The translations under genes were made by a program, and so were the position numbers. Positions 29,435-39,026 of a stretch of 64,000 nt of DNA are shown here, piece after piece. Below the pieces are notes generated by a model. It worked only from the letters and a program-made list of their open reading frames with translations, ran no database searches and was not told the origin of the DNA. The DNA is from Chloroflexota bacterium. Lineage in GTDB: Bacteria > Chloroflexota > Dehalococcoidia > Lucifugimonadales > UBA3495. The stretch is from the NCBI GenBank assembly GCA_027623675.1, contig JAQBVF010000007.1, positions 56,272 through 120,271 on the forward strand, written 5' to 3'. Numbering within the stretch: position 1 is the first letter of the stretch; each line of letters starts with the position of its first letter.

Positions 29435-29532
29435 CGGCGAGCAAGATTGATCAGGGTGTTGACCCGTGTGGCCCGGCGGCGCACCGGCCAAGATTGGCGG
29501 AATTTTGGTGCCAGATTTTACCAAATTCCCTC

Positions 29533-29561
29533 TTGCGGGGTTGTGAAAAATGGTGCATACT
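29533..29561 (+). promoter_or_regulatory. Putative promoter of the 5S rRNA gene
   Basis: TTGCGG-17 bp-CATACT ending 18 nt before the 5S. Confidence 0.5.
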
Positions 29562-29578
29562 GTCGTAGCTGATGTATC

Positions 29579-29696
29579 TCCTGGTGGTTCTAGCGAGGTG
29601 GCCCCACCCGTTTCCATCCCGAACACGGTAGTGAAACGCCTCAGCGCCTACGATACTGCTCTGGCGACGGAGTGGGAAAATAGGTCATCGCCAGGA
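29579..29696 (+). rRNA. rrf: 5S rRNA (stand-alone)
   Basis: CCTGGTGG..CCACCCGTTTCCATCCCGAACACGGTAGTGAAAC..GGGAAAATAGGTCATCGCCAGG; terminal helix pairs. Confidence 0.97.
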
Positions 29697-29970
29697 GGTA
29701 TACCATCTTTTCGAATGCCTCCCCCCTTGTTGCACTTTCCCAGTCGACGGCCCCGGTGAATCCAGCCCAAGAGACCCTCTTTCCTATCACTCCGTTTCTT
29801 CTCCCTAGTGTAAGTGCCGGCCGTGCATCCACGGCGTCATCTACAACACGGTGACAACGCAGAGATAGGTGCCCCGCTCCGGCTTGATTGTCTTAGGGTA
29901 GTCTTTCGGTCCGGCGGTTATTGGTCAGGTTGGATACGTGCTTCCGGCAGCTTAACTGCATCCTTGTGCC

Positions 29971-29999
29971 TTTACACTGAGTTAGGCCTCTAATATAAT
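29971..29999 (+). promoter_or_regulatory. Sigma70 promoter upstream of clpC
   Basis: TTTACA-17 bp-TATAAT. Confidence 0.7.
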
Positions 30000-30203
30000 T
30001 GGTTGCACGAGGGCCACGAGGGTGAACTCCCCGGCGGGGCCCCGTCTCCACCACAGAACGGCCCAGCCCACAGGACTCTCCCTCCGCTACCGGGTGTTAA
30101 AAGCACCAAGGCGGCAGACGTTCTTTAGAGTGGCAAGCCTCTCCAACAGGCGCCCATCGACCGGCGGGTGCCTCACCTTACTCCCATGCAGGAGCGTAAT
30201 CAA

Positions 30204-32732
30204 ATGGGCAGTAGATTCGAGAAGTTCTCCGAACGCGCACGGCGGGTGCTGTCGCTGGCACAAGAAGAAGCCCAGCGGTTCAACCACAACTACATCGGCA
30301 CCGAGCATATCTTGCTAGGCCTGGTCCGGGAGACGGAAGGCGTGGCAGCCCGAGTGCTTTCCAGTTTGTCCGTGGACCTAAGCAAGGTCCGGTCCGCTGT
30401 TGAATTCATCATCGGACGCGGCGAAAAGCCGGCCCAGGGCGAGATTGGTCTCACCCCCCGCGCCAAGAAGGTGGTGGAACTGGCCGTGGATGAAGCCCGG
30501 CGGATGAACCACACCTATATAGGAACCGAACATCTGCTCATCGGCCTGCTTCGCGAAGGCGAAGGCGTGGCCGCAGGCGTGTTGGAAAGTTTGGGAGTCA
30601 CCCTGGACAAGGTCCGGGCCGAGACTCACCGCATCCTCAACCACACATCCGGCACCGGCGCTCAGGCCGGTCGGACAACCTCCAAGACCCCCACCCTGGA
30701 CCAGCTGGGCATCGACCTAACCGTCGCCGCCAAGTCCGAGAAGCTTGACCCGGTCATCGGCCGGGAGAAAGAGATCGAACGGATGATCCAGATCCTCAGC
30801 CGCCGAACCAAGAACAACCCGGTCCTGGTTGGCGAGCCTGGCGTGGGTAAGACCGCCATCGTAGAAGCCCTGGCCCAGCAGATCGGCAGGGGCGACGTTC
30901 CCGACACACTGCAAGGAAAGCGCTTGGTCACGCTGGACATGGGCGCTCTGGTCGCGGGCACCAAGTACCGCGGCGAGTTTGAAGAGCGGCTGAAGAAAGT
31001 TATTGAAGAGATCAAGACCGCGGGTAACTGCGTCCTGTTCATCGACGAGATTCACACGATAGTTGGGGCTGGCGCCGCGGAAGGCGCGGTTGACGCCTCC
31101 AACATCCTGAAGCCCTCCCTGGCGCGCGGCGAGATTCAATGCATCGGCGCCACCACTCTGGACGACTACCGGAAGTACGTCGAGCGCGACCCCGCTCTGG
31201 AGCGCCGCCTACAGCCCGTTCGGGTTGAAGAGCCCTCCGACGACGACACGGTGGCCATCTTGATGGGGATCAGAAGCAAATACGAGGACCACCACAAGGT
31301 TGACATCACGGATGAAGCCATCCGCAGCGCAGCCGTCTTGGCCCAGCGCTACATCTCCGACCGCTTCCTGCCCGACAAAGCCATCGACCTGATCGACGAG
31401 GCCGGCTCCAGAGTCAGGCTGCGCGGCAGCGTCACCCCGGCGTCGGTCAAAGACGCCATGCAGGTGCTGGAGCAGGTCCGCAAAGACAAGGACGAAGCCA
31501 TCGCGTCGCAGCAATACGAGGCGGCGGCGGAGCTTCGCGACCAGGAACTGCGGCAGAACGAAGACCTGGACACGCTCGAGAAGGAATGGCAGGAAGGCCA
31601 GAATAAAGAGCGCCGGGTCGTCACCGAGGACGATATCGCCGAGGTCGTCAGCATGTGGACCGGCATTCCGGTTTCCCGGCTGGCGGAAGAGGAGACCGAG
31701 CGCCTCCTCCAGATGGAAGCGGAACTGCACAAGCGGATCATCGGACAGGACGAGGCTATCATCAGCGTCTCCAAATCCGTGCGCCGCGCCCGGTCCGGCC
31801 TCAAGGACGCCCGCCGACCCATCGGCGTGTTCATGTTCCTTGGCCCCACCGGTGTGGGCAAGACCGAATTGGTCCGCGCCCTAGCCGAGTTCATGTTCGG
31901 CGATGAAGACAACATGATTCGCCTGGACATGTCCGAGTTCCAAGAACGGCACACGGTCGCCCGGCTGATCGGCGCTCCTCCCGGATACGTCGGCTATGAC
32001 GAAGGCGGGCAATTGACCGAGGCCGTCCGGCGCAAGAATTACTGTGCCGTGCTGTTGGACGAGATTGAAAAGGCTCACCCAGAGGTTTTCAACATCCTCT
32101 TGCAGATATTCGATGCCGGCCAACTGACGGATGCCCGGGGCCGGAAGGTGGACTTCCGGAACTCCATCCTGATCATGACCAGCAACCTGGGGTCCGACCT
32201 GATCAAGCGGGAGACCTCGTTGGGTTTCTCGGCCATGACGACCGACTCCCAGACCGATGCGAGCGCCTACGCCCGGATGAAAGAAAAGGTGTTGGAAGAG
32301 GTCAAGCGCTTCTTCCGGCCTGAGTTCCTCAACCGGATCGACTCAACTGTGGTGTTCCATCAACTCACCCAGCCGGAGATTCTGGAGATCGTTGACTTGA
32401 TGATGAATCAGGTCCGCGGCGAACTTGCTGAGAAAGATATCGAACTGGAGATCACCGAAGCAGCCAAGATACACCTGGGAGAGAAGGGTTTCGACCCGGT
32501 CTTGGGTGCCCGGCCGCTGCGGAGACTGATTCAGGACGAGATCGAAGATAGCCTGTCCGATGAGGTCCTCAGCCGACGGCTAGTGGCCGGTGATGTGGCC
32601 TACATCGACATGGACGGAGACGCCGTCAAGATCACGTCCAAGAAGGCCAAAGCCAAGCCCAAGGGCAAAGCCAAAGCTGAATCTTCCGCTGAATCTTCGG
32701 AGGAAGCTGAACCTGCGGCTTCGGGTGACTAA
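30204..32732 (+). CDS. clpC: ATP-dependent Clp protease ATP-binding subunit ClpC
   Basis: Clp N repeats, [11 protein letters not shown] segment, GPTGVGKT. Confidence 0.96.
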   Translation: MGSRFEKFSERARRVLSLAQEEAQRFNHNYIGTEHILLGLVRETEGVAARVLSSLSVDLSKVRSAVEFIIGRGEKPAQGEIGLTPRAKKVVELAVDEARRMNHTYIGTEHLLIGLLREGEGVAAGVLESLGVTLDKVRAETHRILNHTSGTGAQAGRTTSKTPTLDQLGIDLTVAAKSEKLDPVIGREKEIERMIQILSRRTKNNPVLVGEPGVGKTAIVEALAQQIGRGDVPDTLQGKRLVTLDMGALVAGTKYRGEFEERLKKVIEEIKTAGNCVLFIDEIHTIVGAGAAEGAVDASNILKPSLARGEIQCIGATTLDDYRKYVERDPALERRLQPVRVEEPSDDDTVAILMGIRSKYEDHHKVDITDEAIRSAAVLAQRYISDRFLPDKAIDLIDEAGSRVRLRGSVTPASVKDAMQVLEQVRKDKDEAIASQQYEAAAELRDQELRQNEDLDTLEKEWQEGQNKERRVVTEDDIAEVVSMWTGIPVSRLAEEETERLLQMEAELHKRIIGQDEAIISVSKSVRRARSGLKDARRPIGVFMFLGPTGVGKTELVRALAEFMFGDEDNMIRLDMSEFQERHTVARLIGAPPGYVGYDEGGQLTEAVRRKNYCAVLLDEIEKAHPEVFNILLQIFDAGQLTDARGRKVDFRNSILIMTSNLGSDLIKRETSLGFSAMTTDSQTDASAYARMKEKVLEEVKRFFRPEFLNRIDSTVVFHQLTQPEILEIVDLMMNQVRGELAEKDIELEITEAAKIHLGEKGFDPVLGARPLRRLIQDEIEDSLSDEVLSRRLVAGDVAYIDMDGDAVKITSKKAKAKPKGKAKAESSAESSEEAEPAASGD

Positions 32733-32778
32733 CGGCGGGGAAACCCATCGATAGTCCGGTAAAGATTCGGAACCACTG

Positions 32779-32810
32779 ACAGAAGGCCCCACGATTGTGG
32801 GGCCTTCTGT
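32779..32810 (+). terminator. Terminator after clpC
   Basis: ACAGAAGGCCCCAC-GATT-GTGGGGCCTTCTGT followed by TGTT. Confidence 0.75.
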
Positions 32811-32867
32811 TGTTATAATGGCCAGGTTCCCGGCTGGCCAGCCGGAATATTCCTGAGCTGTGGGGGT

Positions 32868-34316
32868 GTGGGCGTGGCTAAGGCGAAAGAGGGCAGGCGG
32901 AGCATCTTCATGTGCCCGTCCTGCGGGAATGAATCTCCCAAGTGGATGGGGTTTTGCCCAGCCCAAGGTTGCGGCTCCCAGAGTCCTCTGGTCGAAGCAG
33001 CGATGGCTACCCCTGCGCCCAAGGGGCGTTCCGCCAGATGGCTCCCCGCCCAGCCCACCGAAGCCGTCGAACTGTCCTCCATATCATCCGACACCCAACC
33101 CCGCGGCCCGTTGCCCTCCGGCGAACTGAACCGCGTCTTGGGCGGCGGGGTGGTCCCGGGGTCGGTAGTCCTGCTGGCCGGCGAACCGGGCGTCGGCAAA
33201 TCAACCCTGTTGCTCCAGTTGGCCCAGTACGCCGCCGCCAAGGGAGAGCAGGTCCTCTATGTCAGCGGCGAAGAATCCCCCCAACAGATCAAACTGCGCT
33301 CTGACCGTTTGGGGATCTCCGGAAAGGGCGTGCTCATGCTGCCCGAGACCGACCTGGAAGCAGTGATCGAAAAACTGGACTCGATCAAACCAAGCATGGC
33401 CATCGTCGATTCCATCCAGACGCTGTACAGCGCCACCGAATCCTCCGGACCTGGCAGCGTGGGCCAGGTCCGGGAGGCGGGCCTGCTGTTGCTGCGGTGG
33501 GCGAAGGCCAGCGGCATCCCCGTGTTCGTCTCGGGCCACATGACCAAGGACGGCTCTTTGGCCGGACCCAGAGTCTTGGAACACATGGTCGACGTGGTCC
33601 TGTACCTGGAATCCCAGGAGGACGGCGCCTACCGGGTATTGCGGGCCGGCAAGAACCGGTTTGGAGCAACCACCGAAGTCGGCGTTTTCGACATGACCGA
33701 ACGAGGACTTGTTGACGTGTCCGACCCATCCAAAGCCCTTTTGGCCCAGCGTGCCGGGGGCTCCATCGGAGGGGCGTTGGTTCCCATCGTTGAAGGCAGC
33801 CGGGCGTTGTTATTGGAGGTCCAGGCCCTGACATCACCCTCTCAACTACCAACCCCGCGCCGGGTCGCCAACGGCTTTGACTACAACCGGTTGCTCATGC
33901 TGGCGGCGGTGTCCTCCCGCAGGGCCGGACTGGAGCTTTCTAATCAGGACATCATCGTCAACGTGGCGGGCGGGTTCAAGATCAGTGAACCGGCGGCAGA
34001 CCTGGCTCTGGTGCTGGCAATGGCGTCGAGCCTCTACAACTCGCCGCTGGACCCCGAGATGTGCGCCTTTGGCGAGGTGGGGTTGAGCGCGGAGGTTAGG
34101 ACGGTCTCCCAGGCGCAACGAAGGGTCAATGAAGCCGCCCGATTGGGATTGAAGAAGTGCATCCTGCCTGAAGCGTGTCTGGACAGCCTGACAGTGCCCC
34201 AGAACATGAAGGTCACCGGAGTGAGGACCTTGCGGCAAGCGGTCAACGCCGTGCTGGCCCAAGACCGGACCGAATCCTGGGCTGCCGAGCGCGAATCGGC
34301 GTTGGAACCCGGCTAG
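32868..34316 (+). CDS. radA: DNA repair protein RadA/Sms
   Basis: N-terminal Zn finger, GEPGVGKST, KNRFG, FGEVGL. Confidence 0.96.
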   Translation: MGVAKAKEGRRSIFMCPSCGNESPKWMGFCPAQGCGSQSPLVEAAMATPAPKGRSARWLPAQPTEAVELSSISSDTQPRGPLPSGELNRVLGGGVVPGSVVLLAGEPGVGKSTLLLQLAQYAAAKGEQVLYVSGEESPQQIKLRSDRLGISGKGVLMLPETDLEAVIEKLDSIKPSMAIVDSIQTLYSATESSGPGSVGQVREAGLLLLRWAKASGIPVFVSGHMTKDGSLAGPRVLEHMVDVVLYLESQEDGAYRVLRAGKNRFGATTEVGVFDMTERGLVDVSDPSKALLAQRAGGSIGGALVPIVEGSRALLLEVQALTSPSQLPTPRRVANGFDYNRLLMLAAVSSRRAGLELSNQDIIVNVAGGFKISEPAADLALVLAMASSLYNSPLDPEMCAFGEVGLSAEVRTVSQAQRRVNEAARLGLKKCILPEACLDSLTVPQNMKVTGVRTLRQAVNAVLAQDRTESWAAERESALEPG

Positions 34317-34322
34317 AGTTAC

Positions 34323-34799
34323 CTAGTGGGTGTGGCTTTCGGCTGCCGACTGGCCCAAGTCTTGGCCCGAATCTTGATGCGAGAATTCGTGGTCTTCGCA
34401 GGCAACCCAGCGTGAGCCGTCCTCGTAGACCTCTTTCTTCCAGATCGGGACCACCTCTTTGATACGGTCCACGGCTTGGTGGCAGGCGGCAAATCCATCT
34501 TTGCGGTGGGGCGACCCGACGGCCACCACCAGGCTGATCTCGCCGATGCCCACGGTCCCGATGCGGTGGCTGATGGCCACCTGCTCCAGACCAAACTCGG
34601 CCATCAACTCCTGACGGACCTCTTCAAGTTTCTTGAGGGCCATCTCGTCGAAGGCCTCGTACTCCAGTGTCAGGACTTTCTTGCCCTCAAAGTTGTCCCT
34701 GGTGGTTCCCAAGAAAGTCACCACCGAGCCGTTGGTGTCGCGGCGAACGGAGGCAGTTACCTTCTCCGGATCAAGGGTGTCGGTTGTCAGTTCTATCAT
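34323..34799 (-). CDS. moaE: Molybdopterin synthase catalytic subunit
   Basis: LEYEA, HRIG, HRKDGF, VPIWKKE. Confidence 0.95.
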   Translation of the reverse strand: MIELTTDTLDPEKVTASVRRDTNGSVVTFLGTTRDNFEGKKVLTLEYEAFDEMALKKLEEVRQELMAEFGLEQVAISHRIGTVGIGEISLVVAVGSPHRKDGFAACHQAVDRIKEVVPIWKKEVYEDGSRWVACEDHEFSHQDSGQDLGQSAAESHTH

Positions 34800-34826
34800 T
34801 CGCTAGGCCTTTACTCGGAATCTCAA

Positions 34827-35072
34827 TCAGCCACCGCTAACGGGCGGGATCAGGCAAACGTCGTCGCCGGGTTGGAGCACAACACTGGCATCGGCATAGT
34901 CGGTGTTCACCGCCACGACGATGTTAACTTCGGGCGGCGCCAGGTTGGGGAATCGACGGCGCATCTCGTCCGTAAGGTCCGCGACCGTCGCTCCGTCAGG
35001 AACGACCACCGGCACGATGCTTCGGCCAGCCCGCTCCCGGTATAGGGCAAATAACCTCACGTTGAGTTCCAT
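34827..35072 (-). CDS. moaD: Molybdopterin synthase sulfur carrier
   Basis: LFA..RE, AVN, C-terminal PPVSGG. Confidence 0.93.
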   Translation of the reverse strand: MELNVRLFALYRERAGRSIVPVVVPDGATVADLTDEMRRRFPNLAPPEVNIVVAVNTDYADASVVLQPGDDVCLIPPVSGG

Positions 35073-35204
35073 GTTTCCGGGTAAGCTCCAGCGGCCGAGC
35101 CGCCTAATAAAAAAGCCCGGGCCACAGGCTGCCGGGCCGTCATTTTGGTTTATGAACCATTATCCCATAGCGGTCCATGCCGCGCCAGTCTTGCCTAGCT
35201 TGCT

Positions 35205-36464
35205 TCACCAGGTCACCAGATTCCACCCACCACTCAACGGGACGAGCCGACCGTTCAAGAGCGCGGATTGGGGACGGTCCACCAGCAGCCAATAGATATT
35301 TCCGGGCACCATGGACTTGACGGTGTTGATGCTGGCGAATGCCGGGCGGGGATCAAAGAAATTCCAGTTCTGGGTGTCGTTATCGTAGGCCCACACCCGG
35401 ACCAGGTTGTCGTTCTGGACCAGATCTATCAGGTCCAGAGATGCCCCCACCGCAGGCTGGGGGGTTGGAAGCGGTTGCTGTACCACGGGCCCCTCCAGCA
35501 CGGTGAAGCTCCTGACCGCGGTAACTTTCCCCACCGTCGCCGATACGGTGTGAATTCCAGGTGCAAACACGGGCACGGCAAAGAACGATTGGAACCGGCC
35601 ATTTCCATCCGTGGCCGGCTCGGACGAACCCGATACCGTTGTATTGCCAGCCCGGAGACTGGAGACATCGGTATAGGCCGGGAACCTTTCGCCGGTAACC
35701 GTGACCACACTGCCTGGTAGTCCTTCCATCGGAGAAAGCGTGACCAACGCCCCTGGGACTGCGTGGGTGTAGATGCCGAACTGGTCGAAGCCCACCACGG
35801 TGGCCCGGACCTTATTTTCGGATGGAATACCAGCCGAATTTGGGACCTTTAACGTTGTACTGATCTGCCCCCTGGTATCGGGGGTAACCTCGCCCACTTT
35901 GACGTCACCATAGGTGATCGCCACGCGGACGGTGGTGGCAACGGCCTGGTTCGATGCCGGAAACCCATCCCCGGTTAGGGAGAAACTGGAGCCGCGCACC
36001 CCTTCTTTCGGGTCCAGAGTGATGTTGGGTGTACGGATGGTGATCTGGGTCGTCACGGACAGACCCTGGTCATCGACCGCCGATATCAAGACCACCCCCC
36101 CGGCGATGACCCTGTCGGTGACTGGGATGGTGATGTAAGTGGCCCAGCCGCCCGTGGCGTCGAAATTGATGGGGTAGGTGACGTTGGGCGAGGTGAGTTG
36201 GGTGCCGCCGACGGTGATGACGCTGGTTCCGGCGCCGGTGATTTGATGCGCCCCTGATTCCTGAGCGCCGCCCGAGGTGGACGCTGGCGTGAACCCGGCT
36301 CCCCTCAGGACCACTGTCTCATTGGGGACCGCGCCCTGTGGCGTAACCGTGAGGACGGCGTCGCTTTGGGCGGCTGCGGGACCGGCCCCGAAGGACGCGA
36401 AGAGGACTGCCAAAACCATGAGGAAGACGAGTTTCGGCCTTGGGTACACCGCCACCCCTCCCAA
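35205..36464 (-). CDS. Secreted protein with Ig-like (IPT/TIG-like) repeats, possibly surface-associated
   Basis: Signal peptide ending AAA-Q; repeated LSP..G..GS.VTVTG..F units; aromatic C-terminal domain. Confidence 0.7.
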   Translation of the reverse strand: MGGVAVYPRPKLVFLMVLAVLFASFGAGPAAAQSDAVLTVTPQGAVPNETVVLRGAGFTPASTSGGAQESGAHQITGAGTSVITVGGTQLTSPNVTYPINFDATGGWATYITIPVTDRVIAGGVVLISAVDDQGLSVTTQITIRTPNITLDPKEGVRGSSFSLTGDGFPASNQAVATTVRVAITYGDVKVGEVTPDTRGQISTTLKVPNSAGIPSENKVRATVVGFDQFGIYTHAVPGALVTLSPMEGLPGSVVTVTGERFPAYTDVSSLRAGNTTVSGSSEPATDGNGRFQSFFAVPVFAPGIHTVSATVGKVTAVRSFTVLEGPVVQQPLPTPQPAVGASLDLIDLVQNDNLVRVWAYDNDTQNWNFFDPRPAFASINTVKSMVPGNIYWLLVDRPQSALLNGRLVPLSGGWNLVTW

Positions 36465-36543
36465 ACAAATCGTTTCACCATGATACCAGGCGGCGGACGG
36501 CGGTCCATCCTGTTACGCTAACGGTTTGGCGTGAATGCATCGC

Positions 36544-37326
36544 CTAGTGCATCACCAGTCCGCCGTCCACGTTAAAGGCTTGCCCGGTGATGTTCCTGCC
36601 GCCCGGGCCAGCCAGAAATTCAGCCATCGCCGCGATGTCTTCCGGCTCGTTGGGCCGTCCGATGGGGATACGGGCGTCCCGGTTGGCCTCCATCTCCTGC
36701 AGGGACTGTCCGGTGACCTGAGCGCGTCCGGCCATGGTCTCCGCCGCCATGGCAGTGAGGGTCGATCCGGGGCAGATGGCGTTGACGTTGATGTCGTACT
36801 TGCCCAGTTGCAGCGCCGCGATGTGGGTCATGGATATCACCGCGCCCTTACTGGCGGCATAGGCGGCATTGGACGTGCCGGCATACCCCTTTCCGGCGAT
36901 GGAGGCGATGTTGATGATCCGGCCTCCGTGACCCTGGTCGATCAACTCTCGGGCCGCCCGCTGCATGCAGAAGAAGACTCCCTTGGCGTTAACCCTGTGT
37001 ATCATGTCCCAGTCGCTTTCCTGCACGTCCATGATGTCCAGATATTTGGTGATTCCGGCGTTGTTCACCACGATATCGATGCGGCCAAATGTGTCTTTGG
37101 CCTGGCGCACCATGCGGTCGATATCGTCCAGGTTGCCCATGTCGGCAGGCAGGGCGATACTCTCCCGGCCCAGTTGTTTCACGGCCACGGTGGTGTCTTC
37201 GGCGTTGGCGGCGTCGATGTCCGACACGGCGACGTTGGCGCCCGCCTCGGCCAACCGGAGGGATATCGCCCGCCCCATGCCCCTGCCGGCGCCGGTTACC
37301 AGGGCTATCTTGTCTTGCAATTGCAT
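36544..37326 (-). CDS. SDR family oxidoreductase
   Basis: TGAGRGMG, NNAG, YAASK. Confidence 0.95.
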   Translation of the reverse strand: MQLQDKIALVTGAGRGMGRAISLRLAEAGANVAVSDIDAANAEDTTVAVKQLGRESIALPADMGNLDDIDRMVRQAKDTFGRIDIVVNNAGITKYLDIMDVQESDWDMIHRVNAKGVFFCMQRAARELIDQGHGGRIINIASIAGKGYAGTSNAAYAASKGAVISMTHIAALQLGKYDINVNAICPGSTLTAMAAETMAGRAQVTGQSLQEMEANRDARIPIGRPNEPEDIAAMAEFLAGPGGRNITGQAFNVDGGLVMH

Positions 37327-37501
37327 ATAGAACCTCTAGATACGACCGGGTGGATACGGTTGGGGCGAGTGTAGTCGCGCCTAATATGCCTGTCAACGAC
37401 ACACGACAGTCTCTTCGTTGACAGGCGATCTGGCCCAGACTAAACTCCCGGCAACTTCCAAGCAGGCTCCTATCAGGCTCATATTCCGAGGGAGGAACGA
37501 T

Positions 37502-38920
37502 ATGGCGAACGCAAGGGTCGATACGATCGTGAGAGGCGGCAAAGTGGTGACCTCGTCTCAGGTGATGGACGCGGCGGTGGCCATTCAGGGAGAGAAGATC
37601 GCGGCGGTCGGGCCGGAAAACCTGATGCCAGAAGCCGACAGGTACATCGACGCGGAAGGCAAGTTCGTGCTGCCGGGGCTGATCGATTCCCACGTGCATC
37701 TGGACGGACACGACGACTATGCCTTGGGCGCATTGGCGGCGGCCCACGCCGGTTTGACGACCTTGGTCCCCTTCGGAAATTACGCTTTGGAGGGTGACGA
37801 GACCCTGGAGCAGGCGATACGCCGCGTCCAAGATGAGGTCGGCACGGCGGCGTTGGTGGACTTTGGCTTCCACTTCATCCTGCAGAACCGGCCCAGCATC
37901 CTGGCTTCACTTCCCCGGGCCATGGAACTGGGTGTGAAGTCGTTCAAGATGTTCATGACGTACAAGAAACGGCCCGGCCGGATGTGCGATGACGACTATA
38001 TCTGCAACGCCATGGACCTGGTCGCCAAGGGCGGCGGTGTGCTGCAGCTCCACTGCGAGAGCGGCAACATCATTGAATACCTGGAGAACAAGTTGATCGC
38101 CGAGGGGCACACTCATCCCGAGGACTTTCCCACGGCCTGCCCCGATTGGGCCGAAGAAGAGGCGATCAACCGGGCTATCAAGATGGGCGCCGCCACCGGG
38201 TGCCCCACCTACGTGGTGCACCTCAGCACGCAACTAGGTCTGGAACGGATCAAACTGGCGCAGGCCCAGGGTCAGAAGATCTGGACCGAGACCTGCCCTC
38301 AATACCTGCTGCTATCCGACGCCGAGATGGCCAAGTTCGGCCCGCTGGCGAAGATTGGCCCTCCATTGCGGCCCGAAGACGGACCGGACCGGGACGCGCT
38401 GTGGAACGGTCTCCGGCAGGGACAGATATCCTTGGTGGGCAGCGACCATTCGCCCCACCCCGAGGAGTTGAAGAAGCCAGGCTGGGACAACATATTCGTG
38501 ACGCCCGACGGCGCATCGGTCCCGTTTGGCTCGCCGGGCATCGAAACCGTGGCCCCGTTGATGTACAGCGAAGGAGTGGTCAAGCGGGGCTTCCCCATCT
38601 GGTGGCTGGCTCGGGTGATGGCGGAGAACCCGGCCCGAATCTTTGGGCTATATCCGAGAAAGGGCGTGATCCAAGCAGGCTCCGACGCCGACCTGCTGAT
38701 CCTGGACCCGGGAGTCGACCGGGTGGTGACGGCCAAGGACCACCACAGCAACGCCGGGTACACCCTGTTCGAGGGCTGGAAGGTGAGCGGCAGGCCCTGG
38801 ATGACCCTGCTCCGAGGACAGGTGCTTCTGAACCAGGGAACATTGGAGCAGAAACCCGGCTACGGCAAGTTTCTGGCCTGCGAGGGTCCAACCACGCCCC
38901 TGGGCGGACCGGTGGACTAA
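37502..38920 (+). CDS. Cyclic amidohydrolase (dihydropyrimidinase/allantoinase-like)
   Basis: PGLIDSHVH, SFKMFMTY, HCE, ETCPQYL, SDHSP. Confidence 0.9.
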   Translation: MANARVDTIVRGGKVVTSSQVMDAAVAIQGEKIAAVGPENLMPEADRYIDAEGKFVLPGLIDSHVHLDGHDDYALGALAAAHAGLTTLVPFGNYALEGDETLEQAIRRVQDEVGTAALVDFGFHFILQNRPSILASLPRAMELGVKSFKMFMTYKKRPGRMCDDDYICNAMDLVAKGGGVLQLHCESGNIIEYLENKLIAEGHTHPEDFPTACPDWAEEEAINRAIKMGAATGCPTYVVHLSTQLGLERIKLAQAQGQKIWTETCPQYLLLSDAEMAKFGPLAKIGPPLRPEDGPDRDALWNGLRQGQISLVGSDHSPHPEELKKPGWDNIFVTPDGASVPFGSPGIETVAPLMYSEGVVKRGFPIWWLARVMAENPARIFGLYPRKGVIQAGSDADLLILDPGVDRVVTAKDHHSNAGYTLFEGWKVSGRPWMTLLRGQVLLNQGTLEQKPGYGKFLACEGPTTPLGGPVD

Positions 38921-39026
38921 ACTTCCAGTATCGGCGGCCGGTTCGGTCCGGGCACCACGAAAGGACACAAAGCCACGCGCTGGGCGGGTTTGAGATTCGC
39001 CGCGAAACATCTGCGTTCCGGGCAGC

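Noticed and set aside
30020..30055. tmRNA or tRNA 3' end (..CCCCGTCTCCACCA)
   Set aside because: No T-loop GTTCGA motif or matching 5' acceptor strand
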